NCBI RefSeq assembly: GCF_003991155.1
Contig: NZ_CP031293.1
Source: Escherichia coli
GTDB taxonomy: Bacteria; Pseudomonadota; Gammaproteobacteria; Enterobacterales; Enterobacteriaceae
Direction: 5' to 3' (one strand)
DNA length: 64,000 bases
Every line of letters begins with the position of its first letter. Positions within the stretch are counted from its first letter, which is position 1. The position numbers and the translations under genes were made by a program. Below are positions 32,201 through 41,671 of the stretch, piece by piece. The notes under the pieces are model-generated. The model had not been told where the DNA came from. It made no database searches and saw nothing but the letters and a program-made list of their open reading frames with translations.

Positions 32201-32729
32201 GATACAGGCGCGGCTCCGCCCCACGCACCGCTTCGGGGATATAAATTATGTCAGACGGAAAACCCTCGCGCAGCAGTGTCGTTTTGCCACTGCCCGCCGG
32301 ACCGATAACCATATACCAGGGCAACTGCCACAGGTAGCGGCGGTTGTCGAGATGGCGTTGCAGGCGCAGTAACCAGCGGTCGAGGTAACGCTGCTGGGCG
32401 TTCAGCTCCACGCTGAGCGGATCAACGGCCTCTTCGCGCTGCTGTTTTTGCTGTTTTTCAAGCTGTTGCAGGCGCTTCATTACCCGGACAGTAAGCCACA
32501 CCAGGGCAATAATCCCCCATGCTGCCGTTGCCAGCCAGCGGTTAGCCAGTGGTTTGAGCCACTGTTCTTCATACAGCGTCCACGTCGGGCCTTTCCACCA
32601 GATCCACACCAGCAGGAAAATCCACGCCAGTATCAGCAGCCAGAATGCAGAAACCTTAAACCGGGGCATCGCCGGGCGCAGGGCTGATTTGAGTCCGCTG
32701 AATAGTCGGGGTGTTGGTAATCTGAACAC
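29208..32729 (-). CDS. tssM: T6SS membrane complex protein TssM (IcmF)
   Basis: 1173 aa; N-terminal TM helices, Walker A GPAGSGKTT; GTG start with AGGAG RBS. Confidence 0.9.
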   Translation of the reverse strand: MFRLPTPRLFSGLKSALRPAMPRFKVSAFWLLILAWIFLLVWIWWKGPTWTLYEEQWLKPLANRWLATAAWGIIALVWLTVRVMKRLQQLEKQQKQQREEAVDPLSVELNAQQRYLDRWLLRLQRHLDNRRYLWQLPWYMVIGPAGSGKTTLLREGFPSDIIYIPEAVRGAEPRLYLIPHVGQQAVIFDIDGSLCEQPDANVLHRRLWEHALGWLVEKRARQPLNGLILTLDLPDLLTADKRRREYLLQTLRSRLQDVRQQLHCQLPVYVVLTRLDLLHGFATLFQSLDKKDRDTILGVTFTRRAHENEDWRSELNAFWQSWCDRMNQALPDLMLAQSHMRGSLFSFARQMQGSRESLVALLDGLLDGENMDVMLRGVYLTSSLQRGQMDDIFTQSAARQYRLGSSPLTAWPLVDTTPYFTRNLFPQALLAEPNLATESRTWLTSSRRRLTAFSATGGVAALLLITGWHHYYNDNYASGVLVLKQAKAFMDITPPQGMDDYGNLQLPLLNPVRDATLAYGDWGDRSRLADMGLYQGRRVGPYVEQTYLQLLEQRYLPALFNGLVKEMNAAPPESEEKLAVLRVMRMLEDKSGRNNEVVKQYMAKRWSEKFHGQRDIQAQLMSHLDYALAHTDWHAERQAGDGDAISRWMPYDKPVVSAQKELSKLPVYQRVYQSLKTRALGVLPADLNLRDQVGPTFEQVFTSADDNKLVVPQFLTRYGLQSYFVKQRDELVELTAMDSWVLNLTRSVKYSDADQTEIQRQLTEQYLSDYTATWRAGMDNLNVRDYESIAQLTGALEQIISGDQPLQRALTALRDNTQPAVLSEKLSDKEREDALAEPDYRLLTRLGHEFAPENSTLAVQKDKESTMQAVYQQLTELHRYLLAIQNAPVPGKSALKAVQLRLDQNSSDPIFATRQMAKTLPAPLNRWVGKLADQAWHVVMVEAVHYMEIDWRDNVVKPFNEQLAGNYPFNPRSAQDASLDAFERFFKPDGVLDTFWQQNLKLFIENDLSRDGDDGVIIREDIIRQLDTAQKIRDIFFSKQNGLGTQFAVETVSLSGNKRRSVLNLDGQLVDYSQGRNYTAHLVWPNNMREGNESKLTLIGVSGGAPRSIRFTGPWAQFRLFGAGQLTSVEAGTFSVRFNVDGGAMVYRIHADTEDNPFSGGLFSQFRLSDTLY

Positions 32730-32747
32730 AAAAACTCCTGTTCTCTT

Positions 32748-34175
32748 TTATTGTTCTGCCGTGAATTTTTGTTCAAGCTGTTCAAGTAACGATGGCTCCC
32801 AGTCGGCCACCATCATTTGCAACCCCATCCTGAACAACATCCGGTACTGCTGCTGCGCAAGCTGTACCAGCCCCGCCTCTTCCGTCAACTGGGCGGCAAG
32901 GTACTGGCGGTGAAACTGATCGCGGGGATCGCCTTCGGGTAGCATGTCCAGATACCGCAGCGCCGCCTCCAGCCCCTGCTCAGCAAAACAGGCCCTGGCC
33001 GCCTGCGATTCCTCACCGGCCTGCGCAACCGGTGCCACTTTGCAGTCGGGCGAAGCGGACAGCCATTGTTTCGTCTGCTCACTGATAAACGGTGTGCGGT
33101 CATTAAACAGCAGCCCGGTAAGCTGGGGCAGGCGCTCAAGGAAGCGGGTGACCTCATCGCGGATGGCGTCTGCCACCTGTTTGTAACCCAGGCGCAGTGC
33201 CGTCTGTGCAGAAAGGCAGTGACCGTCCAGCCAGTAAGGAGCCAGCAGTACGCTTTTCTCCACCTGCTGCCACAGCGCCATATCCGCGCTGGCAAGCCGG
33301 GACTGGTAATCCGCCACCATATCGGCAGAAACCGCAGCCAGCGGGGTGCGTCCATCGCTTTCCACCTGGGGTGTACTGGTGATGTTCTGCCACAGCGCAT
33401 GGCGGCGCAGACGGTAGCCCTGCGGTGAGTCCGGCTGGCGTTCACATAAAATGGCCGCCACTTTTAACAGCGTGTCACGCCAGGCTTTGTCGTCGTGACT
33501 GTCAACCGTAACCTGGGGGGCCGGGACGGCAGGCGCCGTACTGGCGTTTTGCGAAGCAGCGGATACGGGAGCAGCAACGGTTTGCGCCAGTGTGCCGGTA
33601 TTTGCCGGAGAGGCCGGTGACACGGGCGCAGTACCATTAAACGCGCGCTGGTACAGGGCAAAAAGATCATCCGTCGCCTGTGCCAGTTCCGGGACGTTAT
33701 GCGACTGCCAGCACTGCGCCAGCTTTGCCAGTTCCCCCAGCAGCGCATCGCGCTGTGCCGTGGCTGCACTTTCCGCAAAAGACGTGACGCCCGCCTCAAA
33801 ACGTTTTATCACCTGACTGGCAAAGCGTTTTTTATGCGCCATATTCTGCGGCGCGGCCACCGCCCAGTAATGCTCCACATACAGCGCCAGCAGGCGCAAG
33901 GCCAGGAGCGGATCACCGGCATGTTGCAGGGTTCTCAGCAGATGCGCCAGCAGGCGAAAATCCTTACTCTCCGAAGCCAGAAGGACCAGCCCCCGGTGCT
34001 GGAGTTCAGGGATATCCAGCTGGCTGTGCGCCAGCGATCCCAGCTTGACAATCCCACCGTCGATATACTCCCAGTCCGGGTTATCGTCCTTCAGCGCTGA
34101 TGCCAGTTTCTCTTCCGGCAGGTTTTCCAGCAGGTGCGATACCCAGACATTCGGATCGCGTAAGTCCATTGCCAT
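32748..34175 (-). CDS. tssA: TssA-family protein (VasJ-like)
   Basis: Position between vasI-like gene and tssM; Ala/Pro-rich linker; GGGAGA RBS before ATG 34175. Confidence 0.6.
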   Translation of the reverse strand: MAMDLRDPNVWVSHLLENLPEEKLASALKDDNPDWEYIDGGIVKLGSLAHSQLDIPELQHRGLVLLASESKDFRLLAHLLRTLQHAGDPLLALRLLALYVEHYWAVAAPQNMAHKKRFASQVIKRFEAGVTSFAESAATAQRDALLGELAKLAQCWQSHNVPELAQATDDLFALYQRAFNGTAPVSPASPANTGTLAQTVAAPVSAASQNASTAPAVPAPQVTVDSHDDKAWRDTLLKVAAILCERQPDSPQGYRLRRHALWQNITSTPQVESDGRTPLAAVSADMVADYQSRLASADMALWQQVEKSVLLAPYWLDGHCLSAQTALRLGYKQVADAIRDEVTRFLERLPQLTGLLFNDRTPFISEQTKQWLSASPDCKVAPVAQAGEESQAARACFAEQGLEAALRYLDMLPEGDPRDQFHRQYLAAQLTEEAGLVQLAQQQYRMLFRMGLQMMVADWEPSLLEQLEQKFTAEQ

Positions 34176-34179
34176 ATTT

Positions 34180-34923
34180 TTATTCTCCCGCCCAGTGGCA
34201 GGCATCGCGCAGGGGTGCAATCGCCCCTGCCAGCCCGTCAATGTTAAAGGTCAGCTTTCCGGCGGCGTTGTCTGCGCCGGTATCCACCGTCAGCGTTTTT
34301 GCGCCAAATAACTGTTTAATTTCATCAATACCGGATAACCCCCGGCTGGACTCCAGCAGGGTGCCGTTCTCGCGTACAAACCAGTGGCTGCGTAATGCCC
34401 GGCTGTCAGCATTCAGGGTAACGGCGATATCATGGACATCCAGAGGGTGCATCAGCGCCACCTGCATCCGGGTAATATTGTCCACGCAACTGAACATCAG
34501 CACCGGGCGCGGCGGAACATGGCCGATAGCCGGGGTGGTTATCACCACCGTCGGGCGTTCCCCCGGCACCTGCGTCACCAGCAGCTCCGTGGTGTTGCCC
34601 TGGCGGCGTTTTTCCTGCTCTGTGGCGCGGGTCCAGGCTTCGCCCACAAAACCAGCTTTGACCAGCGCCCCGTCAAACCCTGACGGGGACAGCGGTTCCA
34701 GCAGGCGGTCATAGCAGTCAAGCCGCTCCAGCGCCGCAGACTCCCGCCGACAGGACTGCATGGCCTGTAACGTGGCTGTCGCATCCGGCGGTGTCGCTGT
34801 GGCGACAGCTACTGCCACACCGGCCATTGACGATGTTTCTGCGGGCGCGGCACTGGCGGGTAAGCCCGCCATCAGGCCCGCGATAAACCATCCTGTCTGC
34901 CGGAAAACGCGCAACCTGCTCAT
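34180..34923 (-). CDS. T6SS-associated secreted protein (VasI-like by position)
   Basis: Signal peptide FIAGLMAGLPASAAPA; start overlaps clpV stop (ATGA). Confidence 0.45.
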   Translation of the reverse strand: MSRLRVFRQTGWFIAGLMAGLPASAAPAETSSMAGVAVAVATATPPDATATLQAMQSCRRESAALERLDCYDRLLEPLSPSGFDGALVKAGFVGEAWTRATEQEKRRQGNTTELLVTQVPGERPTVVITTPAIGHVPPRPVLMFSCVDNITRMQVALMHPLDVHDIAVTLNADSRALRSHWFVRENGTLLESSRGLSGIDEIKQLFGAKTLTVDTGADNAAGKLTFNIDGLAGAIAPLRDACHWAGE

Positions 34924-37658
34924 AAAACCGTTTCATCCTCTGTGACGGACTCGTCGTCCAGAGCATCTTCCACATCTGCTGTGAACGCGCCGTCTGCCGC
35001 CGACAGCCGAATCCGGGCAATCGCCGTGTTGGCTGCCATCTTCTGCAACAGCAGCAGGGAGAGCGGCGGCAGCATGTCGCCGTCAATGACCGATTCGAGC
35101 ATCCTCGCGCCGTTTTCCGCTCGGGTGACGCGGCTCATGATTTCGTCCGTCACTTCCGGTTCAATAATCACTTCTGCGCTAAAGCGGCTGCGCAGCACGT
35201 TATCCAGGCGGGTGAGTTTCCCGGCAATGATGGTGGCGAGTGTCTCTTTCGACAGCGGCAGGTACGGCACCACTTCCATACGCGCCAGCAGGGCAGGTTT
35301 AAAGAAGTCCGCCAGCACCGGATACAGGGCTTCCTGCATGGTTTCCGGGTCATCGGCATGTTCGACAATCACCTGGTAGCCGAGGTTGGAGGTGAGGAAG
35401 AAGACGATATTTTTGCAGTCAATCAGGCGGCCCTCACCGTCGGCCATCTCACCCTTGTCAAATGCCTGGTAGAACAGGTTGAGCACATCCGGGTGCGCTT
35501 TTTCCACTTCGTCGAGAAGTACCACCGAGTACGGTTTCTGGCGGATCGCTTCGGTCAGCACGCCGCCTTCGCCATAGCCGACATAGCCCGGAGGAGAACC
35601 AATCAGCCGCGAAACGGTGTGTTTTTCCTGAAACTCGGACATATTGATGGTGGTGAGGTACTGGCGACCGCCGTAGAGCAGCTCCGCCAGTTGCAGGACG
35701 GTTTCGGTTTTACCCACGCCGCTGGGGCCAGCCAGCAGGAACGCGCCAAGCGGACGTCCCGGACGGCGCAGGTCGGCGCGCGCGGTCAGCAGGTGTTTAT
35801 GCAGGCTGGCAATCGCCAGGTCCTGGCCTTTGATGGTGTCGCCCAGCCATACCGGCAGGTCGGTGATGACTGACATCTCATTCTGCGACAGGCGGTTAAG
35901 CGGCACACCGGTCCATTCGGCAATCACCGCCGCAATCTGTTTTTTATCGACATGCGGGGAAACCAGCAACCGGTCGTTATGCAGGGCGTCCAGTTCGGCA
36001 GTGAGCTGTGCCAGCCGCTGCACCGGGGAAACTGTTTCAGCGGTCTCTTCCGGCTGTACACTGCCAGCTTCATCAGCCGGTGTGGCACCGGTATTATCCT
36101 GCTCTGAATCTGGCGGCGTATCCACTACGACATCTGTGTCCTCTGCCACGCCCAGTAACTTCTGACGCAGCGCGATAATCTCCTGTACCAGCGTCTGTTG
36201 CTGATGCCAGGCGGCCTCCAGTTCATCCAGCGCCGTCAGCGTTTCATCATACTGCACCAGCACTTCGGTCATCCGTGTGGTGTCGGTACGCAGCCCGATG
36301 CGAAGCTCGCGCTCAAGCTGGCGAATTTCCGCCTCCTGCTGGTGGCTCAGGGTGGTCAGCGCCGAGATTTGCTTCGGTGGCGATGACAGGTTGATTGCCA
36401 CACGGGCGCAGGCGGTATCCAGCACATCAATGGCTTTGTCCGGCAACTGACGCCCGGAGAGATAACGCTCACTTAATGTCGCAGCGGCCTGCAAGGCGTC
36501 ATCATCAATCAGCACGCCGTGAGACTGTTCATAGACCGAAGAGAGGCCGCGCAGAATAATGGTGGCTTCGGCGGCACTGGGTTCGCTGACCTTCACCAAC
36601 TGGAAGCGGCGCGACAGGGCGGCATCTTTCTCAAAGTATTTTTTGTATTCGCTCCAGGTTGTGGCGGCGATGGTTTTCAGTTCGCCACGCGCCAGCGCCG
36701 GTTTGAGCAGGTTGGATATATCCAGCCCGCCCTGCTGGTTGCCCGCGCCAATCAGGGTGTGCGCTTCGTCAATAAACAGAATGACCGGCTCCGGGGACGA
36801 TATGACTTCCGCCATCAGCCCCTTGAAGCGTTTTTCAAACTCACCTTTCACCGACGCACCAGCCTGCAATGCGCCCAGGTCAAGGGTCATAATATCGGTG
36901 TTTTTCAGCTTGTCCGGCACCTGGCCTGTCACAATACGCAGCGCCAGCCCTTCAATCAGCGCGCTTTTTCCCACGCCTGCTTCGCCCACCACAACCGGGT
37001 TGTTTTTACGGCGGCGGCAGAGAATGTCGATCATCAGGTCAATTTCATGATCGCGGCACAGCACCGGGTCGAGCCTGCCGTTACGGGCATCTTCGGTCAT
37101 GTTTTTGGCGTAGCGGGCAAGCAGGGTGTCCCCTGTATCCACCACAACACTGACGGCCTTTTCGTCGACCCCCTGCATCGCGGTTTCTGCCGACTCGCGC
37201 GTCCACTGCGCAAAGTCCTGTTGCAGACGATCGCGGTTAATGCCGGTCAGCAGACGTGCGGCCACGCCGGGGACATAACGCAGTGGTGAATGCAGCAGGG
37301 CCAGCAGCAGTACACCGCCACGCAGTTCGCTGTGCTGCATCTCTGCGGAGGCCAGCAGCCCCCCCTCTTTCAGCCACTCGACCAGCATCGGGGAAAATGC
37401 CGGGTAATTGTCTGCTGTGCGCGACGTGGCGTAGTTCTCCACCGTCAGCGCCCGGCGAAGCTCATTCAGGTCGATGTCGGCCCGCTCAGAGATCACCCTT
37501 AAGTCGCTGCGCACTGATGCCAACATCTGCAACAGAACATGCGCCACCGTAATTTCCGATGCCTGCTGACTCATGCACTCCGCTGCCGCCGCTTCCAGCG
37601 CCTGGCGGGAAAACGGATTAAGATGTTTAACCAGTGAGGCCAGATTAATCTGGATCAT
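34920..37658 (-). CDS. clpV: T6SS AAA+ ATPase ClpV (TssH)
   Basis: 912 aa with two AAA+ modules (GEAGVGKS, GPSGVGKTE) and ClpV-type N-domain. Confidence 0.9.
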   Translation of the reverse strand: MIQINLASLVKHLNPFSRQALEAAAAECMSQQASEITVAHVLLQMLASVRSDLRVISERADIDLNELRRALTVENYATSRTADNYPAFSPMLVEWLKEGGLLASAEMQHSELRGGVLLLALLHSPLRYVPGVAARLLTGINRDRLQQDFAQWTRESAETAMQGVDEKAVSVVVDTGDTLLARYAKNMTEDARNGRLDPVLCRDHEIDLMIDILCRRRKNNPVVVGEAGVGKSALIEGLALRIVTGQVPDKLKNTDIMTLDLGALQAGASVKGEFEKRFKGLMAEVISSPEPVILFIDEAHTLIGAGNQQGGLDISNLLKPALARGELKTIAATTWSEYKKYFEKDAALSRRFQLVKVSEPSAAEATIILRGLSSVYEQSHGVLIDDDALQAAATLSERYLSGRQLPDKAIDVLDTACARVAINLSSPPKQISALTTLSHQQEAEIRQLERELRIGLRTDTTRMTEVLVQYDETLTALDELEAAWHQQQTLVQEIIALRQKLLGVAEDTDVVVDTPPDSEQDNTGATPADEAGSVQPEETAETVSPVQRLAQLTAELDALHNDRLLVSPHVDKKQIAAVIAEWTGVPLNRLSQNEMSVITDLPVWLGDTIKGQDLAIASLHKHLLTARADLRRPGRPLGAFLLAGPSGVGKTETVLQLAELLYGGRQYLTTINMSEFQEKHTVSRLIGSPPGYVGYGEGGVLTEAIRQKPYSVVLLDEVEKAHPDVLNLFYQAFDKGEMADGEGRLIDCKNIVFFLTSNLGYQVIVEHADDPETMQEALYPVLADFFKPALLARMEVVPYLPLSKETLATIIAGKLTRLDNVLRSRFSAEVIIEPEVTDEIMSRVTRAENGARMLESVIDGDMLPPLSLLLLQKMAANTAIARIRLSAADGAFTADVEDALDDESVTEDETVL

Positions 37659-37669
37659 ATATTGTGTCC

Positions 37670-38488
37670 TTACCTGGCGAGCAGCCGGTTCAGTTGATGC
37701 AGAATATCCTGCGTCTGACTGTCCAGACGCAGCATGTAGAACAGATAAAACAATGCCAGTACCACCACGCCCCCCATCAGAACATGCTTTATGGTCAGGC
37801 GTTTCATTAACTGATAGCGCCCGCCCTGGGTCTTTTTGTCCTGGTGCAGTAATGGGAAGGGGGCATCGCCACGCAACGTATGCAGGACGTGGTGCAGACG
37901 GCGGTAGATCCGCTCAAACTCCCCCTGATCCTGGACGGCCACTTTGTAGCGCCCGCGAAATCCCAGCGAAAAACAGATAAAGATAAACTCCAGCAGATCC
38001 TGGTAGCGTTTTGGCTCACGGATCAGGCGCTCCAGCAGGATGAAGACCTTCTCCCCCCCCCAGGCTTCATTGTGGAAATGGACCAGCAGCGACTGTTTGA
38101 TCCACTCATTCTTGTTCGACCAGCCGTTACCCAGCGCAGCCTCATCGATAAAAGTGCACAGAACATAGCGAAAAGAGACGATCACGCCAGGCTCATAGCC
38201 CTGCTCCTGGAGTAACTGCTCCACTGCCTGAACGTCGGTCACAACCTGTGCAAAAAGATGTTCCGGCATGGTCTGACTGTTCATCCCGTCCAGGCGCATC
38301 ACCATCCCCAGTAACGGCGTGGCGGCATCGATCATCGGGTTCAGACTGTTACCGCGCAGGGGCAACCGGTACTGGCGGCTGGAAATATCGCCATCGCTGT
38401 CCGGCACCACGGTACTCTGCCTCTCCGGTATATTCCCCATAGCCAGATATTCATTTTCACCGGCTGGCAGGATGAACGGATCGTTCAT
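37670..38488 (-). CDS. tssL: T6SS TssL (DotU family)
   Basis: DotU-like cytoplasmic domain and C-terminal TM helix (VVVLALFYLFYML). Confidence 0.8.
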   Translation of the reverse strand: MNDPFILPAGENEYLAMGNIPERQSTVVPDSDGDISSRQYRLPLRGNSLNPMIDAATPLLGMVMRLDGMNSQTMPEHLFAQVVTDVQAVEQLLQEQGYEPGVIVSFRYVLCTFIDEAALGNGWSNKNEWIKQSLLVHFHNEAWGGEKVFILLERLIREPKRYQDLLEFIFICFSLGFRGRYKVAVQDQGEFERIYRRLHHVLHTLRGDAPFPLLHQDKKTQGGRYQLMKRLTIKHVLMGGVVVLALFYLFYMLRLDSQTQDILHQLNRLLAR

Positions 38489-38492
38489 GGCC

Positions 38493-39836
38493 TTAACCTC
38501 TTATTGCCCACAGTTGTACCCCCAGATCCGGGAAAGTGCCGGAAATATGCAGCGCCAGTGCCCCGGCTTTCATCACGTCCTGCCAGGCAGCTACGCCCTT
38601 GTCGAGTTCGAAGTAAACATAACCGTCGTGATAGGGTAACTGGCGCGGCGCGGCGGTCCGTGGCGTCAGCGGCACGCCCGGCACCTGGACGCTGACCATA
38701 TCGCGGATTTTGTTGGTGGCGGCAATTTTTGACTGCTGGGTAAACTGGTGGATAAGCTGGCTGTGAGGCATTCGCGCACGCACCGCCAGAATAAAGGTGC
38801 CGGACTGCAACAGTGTAGGATCGTTAACGGTGGCGACATAAAACCCATCCGAGAAGACCAGCGGCAGGTTCTGCGCACGCGGCATCAGTACAGTATTGAG
38901 CGCCCGGCGCAGTTCCGGGATCACGGTACTGAATGAGTGGGTCAGATCGCGGTGACTGTACACCTCCACCGGACAGGGAAGACGGCTGTCCTCCGTGAAG
39001 GTCATCAGTTCACCCAGCAGGCGAACAAGATCCAGATAAAAGGTTTCCGGATGCAGGGTATGCAGGTGCGTGCGGTGAGTGAAGTGCATCTGGCTGCGGT
39101 TAAGCATCTGCAACATCATAAACTCGGCCACATCGGCAATGCCACTTTGCTCTGGCGAGCCAATACGCTTTGCCAGTTCGCTGGCGCGGTTGCTGATAAG
39201 CCCCTGCACATCACCGGCAAACCCGCTGAGTACCGGACTGACCCGGATGGCCTGACAGGTGGGAATAAAACTGTCGTCCAGCACCAGCGCGCCATTAGCC
39301 AGCTTGTCACGGATACGGCACAGCGGCAGCGTCACCATTGCGCTGAGATCATCCGCACCGCTGACAATTTTGGGTGCAAGTTGCCCGAGGACAATTTGCT
39401 GAACATCGCCATCATCAGAGTGCAAATCACGGACATCAGCACGGGCCAGGCGGTAACGCTCCGTCCCCTGCCCTGCGCTCTGACGTCCCTCAATTTCACA
39501 GGTAATATCGCTGATGACAGGCAGCGCCAGATAAATGTCATGGCTTCCGGGTTTTGAGAGATCAAGCGGCTGATACGGGACAGGAAGCTGATCCTGCTCC
39601 GGAATGCTGAACACCGTACCATCCGGCATACAGCCTGCTGCGTTGTCGAGCATGAGTTTTCCCTGGGCCAGCAGCTCGGTGTTAATCGACAATGACGTGA
39701 AGCCCCAGGCAAAATCATCCTGTGCGCTGATACGCTGGTTCAGCAAATACTCCTGGTTCCGCTGCTGTTGCTGAAAATGCTGCGGCAGGGCAAACAACCC
39801 TTCCTGCCAGATCACCCTGTTTTTCATGGTCGCCAT
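38493..39836 (-). CDS. tssK: T6SS baseplate protein TssK
   Basis: N-terminus MATMKNRVIWQEGLFALPQHFQ typical of TssK; GAGGAAAA RBS. Confidence 0.8.
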   Translation of the reverse strand: MATMKNRVIWQEGLFALPQHFQQQQRNQEYLLNQRISAQDDFAWGFTSLSINTELLAQGKLMLDNAAGCMPDGTVFSIPEQDQLPVPYQPLDLSKPGSHDIYLALPVISDITCEIEGRQSAGQGTERYRLARADVRDLHSDDGDVQQIVLGQLAPKIVSGADDLSAMVTLPLCRIRDKLANGALVLDDSFIPTCQAIRVSPVLSGFAGDVQGLISNRASELAKRIGSPEQSGIADVAEFMMLQMLNRSQMHFTHRTHLHTLHPETFYLDLVRLLGELMTFTEDSRLPCPVEVYSHRDLTHSFSTVIPELRRALNTVLMPRAQNLPLVFSDGFYVATVNDPTLLQSGTFILAVRARMPHSQLIHQFTQQSKIAATNKIRDMVSVQVPGVPLTPRTAAPRQLPYHDGYVYFELDKGVAAWQDVMKAGALALHISGTFPDLGVQLWAIRG

Positions 39837-39838
39837 TG

Positions 39839-40372
39839 TCAGTTTTCCTCTTTTTTCATTTCGATACTGCTTTGCCTTACATGCACCAGCAAACGGTAGT
39901 GATGGCCTGTACCTTCCACCGCTTCGATTTGTTTCCATTCGGTCGCCTGGTCATCGGAGAAGTAGGCCACGACACCGATAAACTGCGTTTTCTCATCCAG
40001 CTTTACCGGCGGCAGGGTTTTAATGGTGTCCGGCAGCAGGTTAAAGTCCTGGTGGTCGATATAGTTTTTACCCAGCACATCCGGCAGCGGCGTACTGGCG
40101 ATCTGGTCATAGTCGGCTGCCTGCAACTTAGAGTCGTCGCTCATATAAATCAGTTGCACATCAACTGCCGCCGCCTCACCTTCTGCATTAATATTTGTGT
40201 CCGGCTCGGTCAGCAACGTGACCGTCACCTCTGAGGCCTGATCCGCCAGTTTCCCGACCTGAATATCCGGATTCTTGATCACCTGGCCGAGCTTTTTCAC
40301 TGTTTCGCAGCCTGTCAGGGTGAGGCTGAACAGCACCACCATCGTGCAGACGCGAAAGAAGCGCGCGGTCAT
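39839..40372 (-). CDS. tssJ: T6SS outer-membrane lipoprotein TssJ
   Basis: Lipobox LTLTGCE; start overlaps tagH stop. Confidence 0.75.
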   Translation of the reverse strand: MTARFFRVCTMVVLFSLTLTGCETVKKLGQVIKNPDIQVGKLADQASEVTVTLLTEPDTNINAEGEAAAVDVQLIYMSDDSKLQAADYDQIASTPLPDVLGKNYIDHQDFNLLPDTIKTLPPVKLDEKTQFIGVVAYFSDDQATEWKQIEAVEGTGHHYRLLVHVRQSSIEMKKEEN

Positions 40373-41667
40373 GCTTCCGGCTCCCGCTGTTTCTCACGCA
40401 GTACCCGGTCATAGACCTGGGCATAGACTTCGTTAAACAGCATTTCAAATCCCTGCTGGCGATCGGACGCCAGTTCTTCGTAATAATGGCTGTACATCTG
40501 CCAGGCTCCGGCGGCGTCCAGCGGCTGGCGAAGTTCATGGCTGCGGCGGTACTGCACAAAACGGCGCATCAGGCTCTGTGGTGAAAACGCATCCAGCAGC
40601 ACGCGGAGCGACTCCACAATCGCCGCCCGGTTGGCCTCTTCGTGATGGCGGATATTGCGCAGGCTTTCGCTGACGGCGGCAGGGGCCGCCAGATGTACCG
40701 GGCTTTTGCCCTCTGCAAACATCACATCAAGCGCGGTGGCGTAATCCATGTTCAGCCGCAGCGGGTTATCTTCCAGCGGGCGCAAATGTTTATCCGACAG
40801 GCTGTTACGGTGCTGTTGTAGATCGAGTAACCCTTTTATTGCCGCCTGTAGGGTTCGTCCGGCCTCTTCGAGAAAACCATCCGCATCCTGCGAGTTGCGT
40901 ACAGCCAGGGTACTACCCAGCCCACGCAGTAGCGGGGTAACAGCAAGATGGAGTTGGGCGATGTCAGTCGGATTAACGGAATCATCATGCTTCTCCTGCG
41001 GATCGGGATACACCGGAGGCAGATCCATAAACGGTTTGTCGATCACACCATCCCTGACGGGAGCCGAAGAGCGGGTTGGGACGATCCCGGAGAGAGGATC
41101 ACCCGCCACCGTCAAACTTTCTGCCTGAAGCGCCTGCAACGGATCGGCTGAAAAACTGTTGGCCACGGTATCTGCAAGCTGGTGTCGCTGGGGCATACCT
41201 GGATATGCAGGCTGGCCGTCCGTTGTCAGCAATGAGTCCGCCAGACGATCACGGTTAGTGACGATAGTTTCAGGTGCTGCCATCTGTTCGCTGTAAGTGA
41301 TCAGTTTTCCTGTGTGGATAAACACCTTCAGCGCCAGTGCCCCCAGCACGATCTCGTCCCCCTGTCGCAGACGTACCAGCCCGGCATCCAGGGCAACCGG
41401 AGCCAGGTTAATCATCAGTCCTGTACCCAGACTCTTCAGACAAAATGCGCCGTCATGCACCACCACCTGGCAGGCACGACCGGCAACGGAACCGGCCCTG
41501 TCCTGTACCGGCCAGTGGCACTCAGGCAGGTTACCGATATCCCCGCCATCAGCAGTAAAGAGGCATTTTGCGGCACGTCCGCTCTCCAGTTCATTACCGT
41601 TCATCACCTGTAATGTCATTGAGAGCCGGGAGGACTGCGTTTTTTCTTCAGCCATATGCGATTCCAT
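40369..41667 (-). CDS. tagH: T6SS FHA-domain protein TagH
   Basis: N-terminal FHA-like region then Pro-rich linker; start taken at ATG 41667 with AGGGA RBS. Confidence 0.65.
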   Translation of the reverse strand: MESHMAEEKTQSSRLSMTLQVMNGNELESGRAAKCLFTADGGDIGNLPECHWPVQDRAGSVAGRACQVVVHDGAFCLKSLGTGLMINLAPVALDAGLVRLRQGDEIVLGALALKVFIHTGKLITYSEQMAAPETIVTNRDRLADSLLTTDGQPAYPGMPQRHQLADTVANSFSADPLQALQAESLTVAGDPLSGIVPTRSSAPVRDGVIDKPFMDLPPVYPDPQEKHDDSVNPTDIAQLHLAVTPLLRGLGSTLAVRNSQDADGFLEEAGRTLQAAIKGLLDLQQHRNSLSDKHLRPLEDNPLRLNMDYATALDVMFAEGKSPVHLAAPAAVSESLRNIRHHEEANRAAIVESLRVLLDAFSPQSLMRRFVQYRRSHELRQPLDAAGAWQMYSHYYEELASDRQQGFEMLFNEVYAQVYDRVLREKQREPEA

Positions 41668-41671
41668 AAAA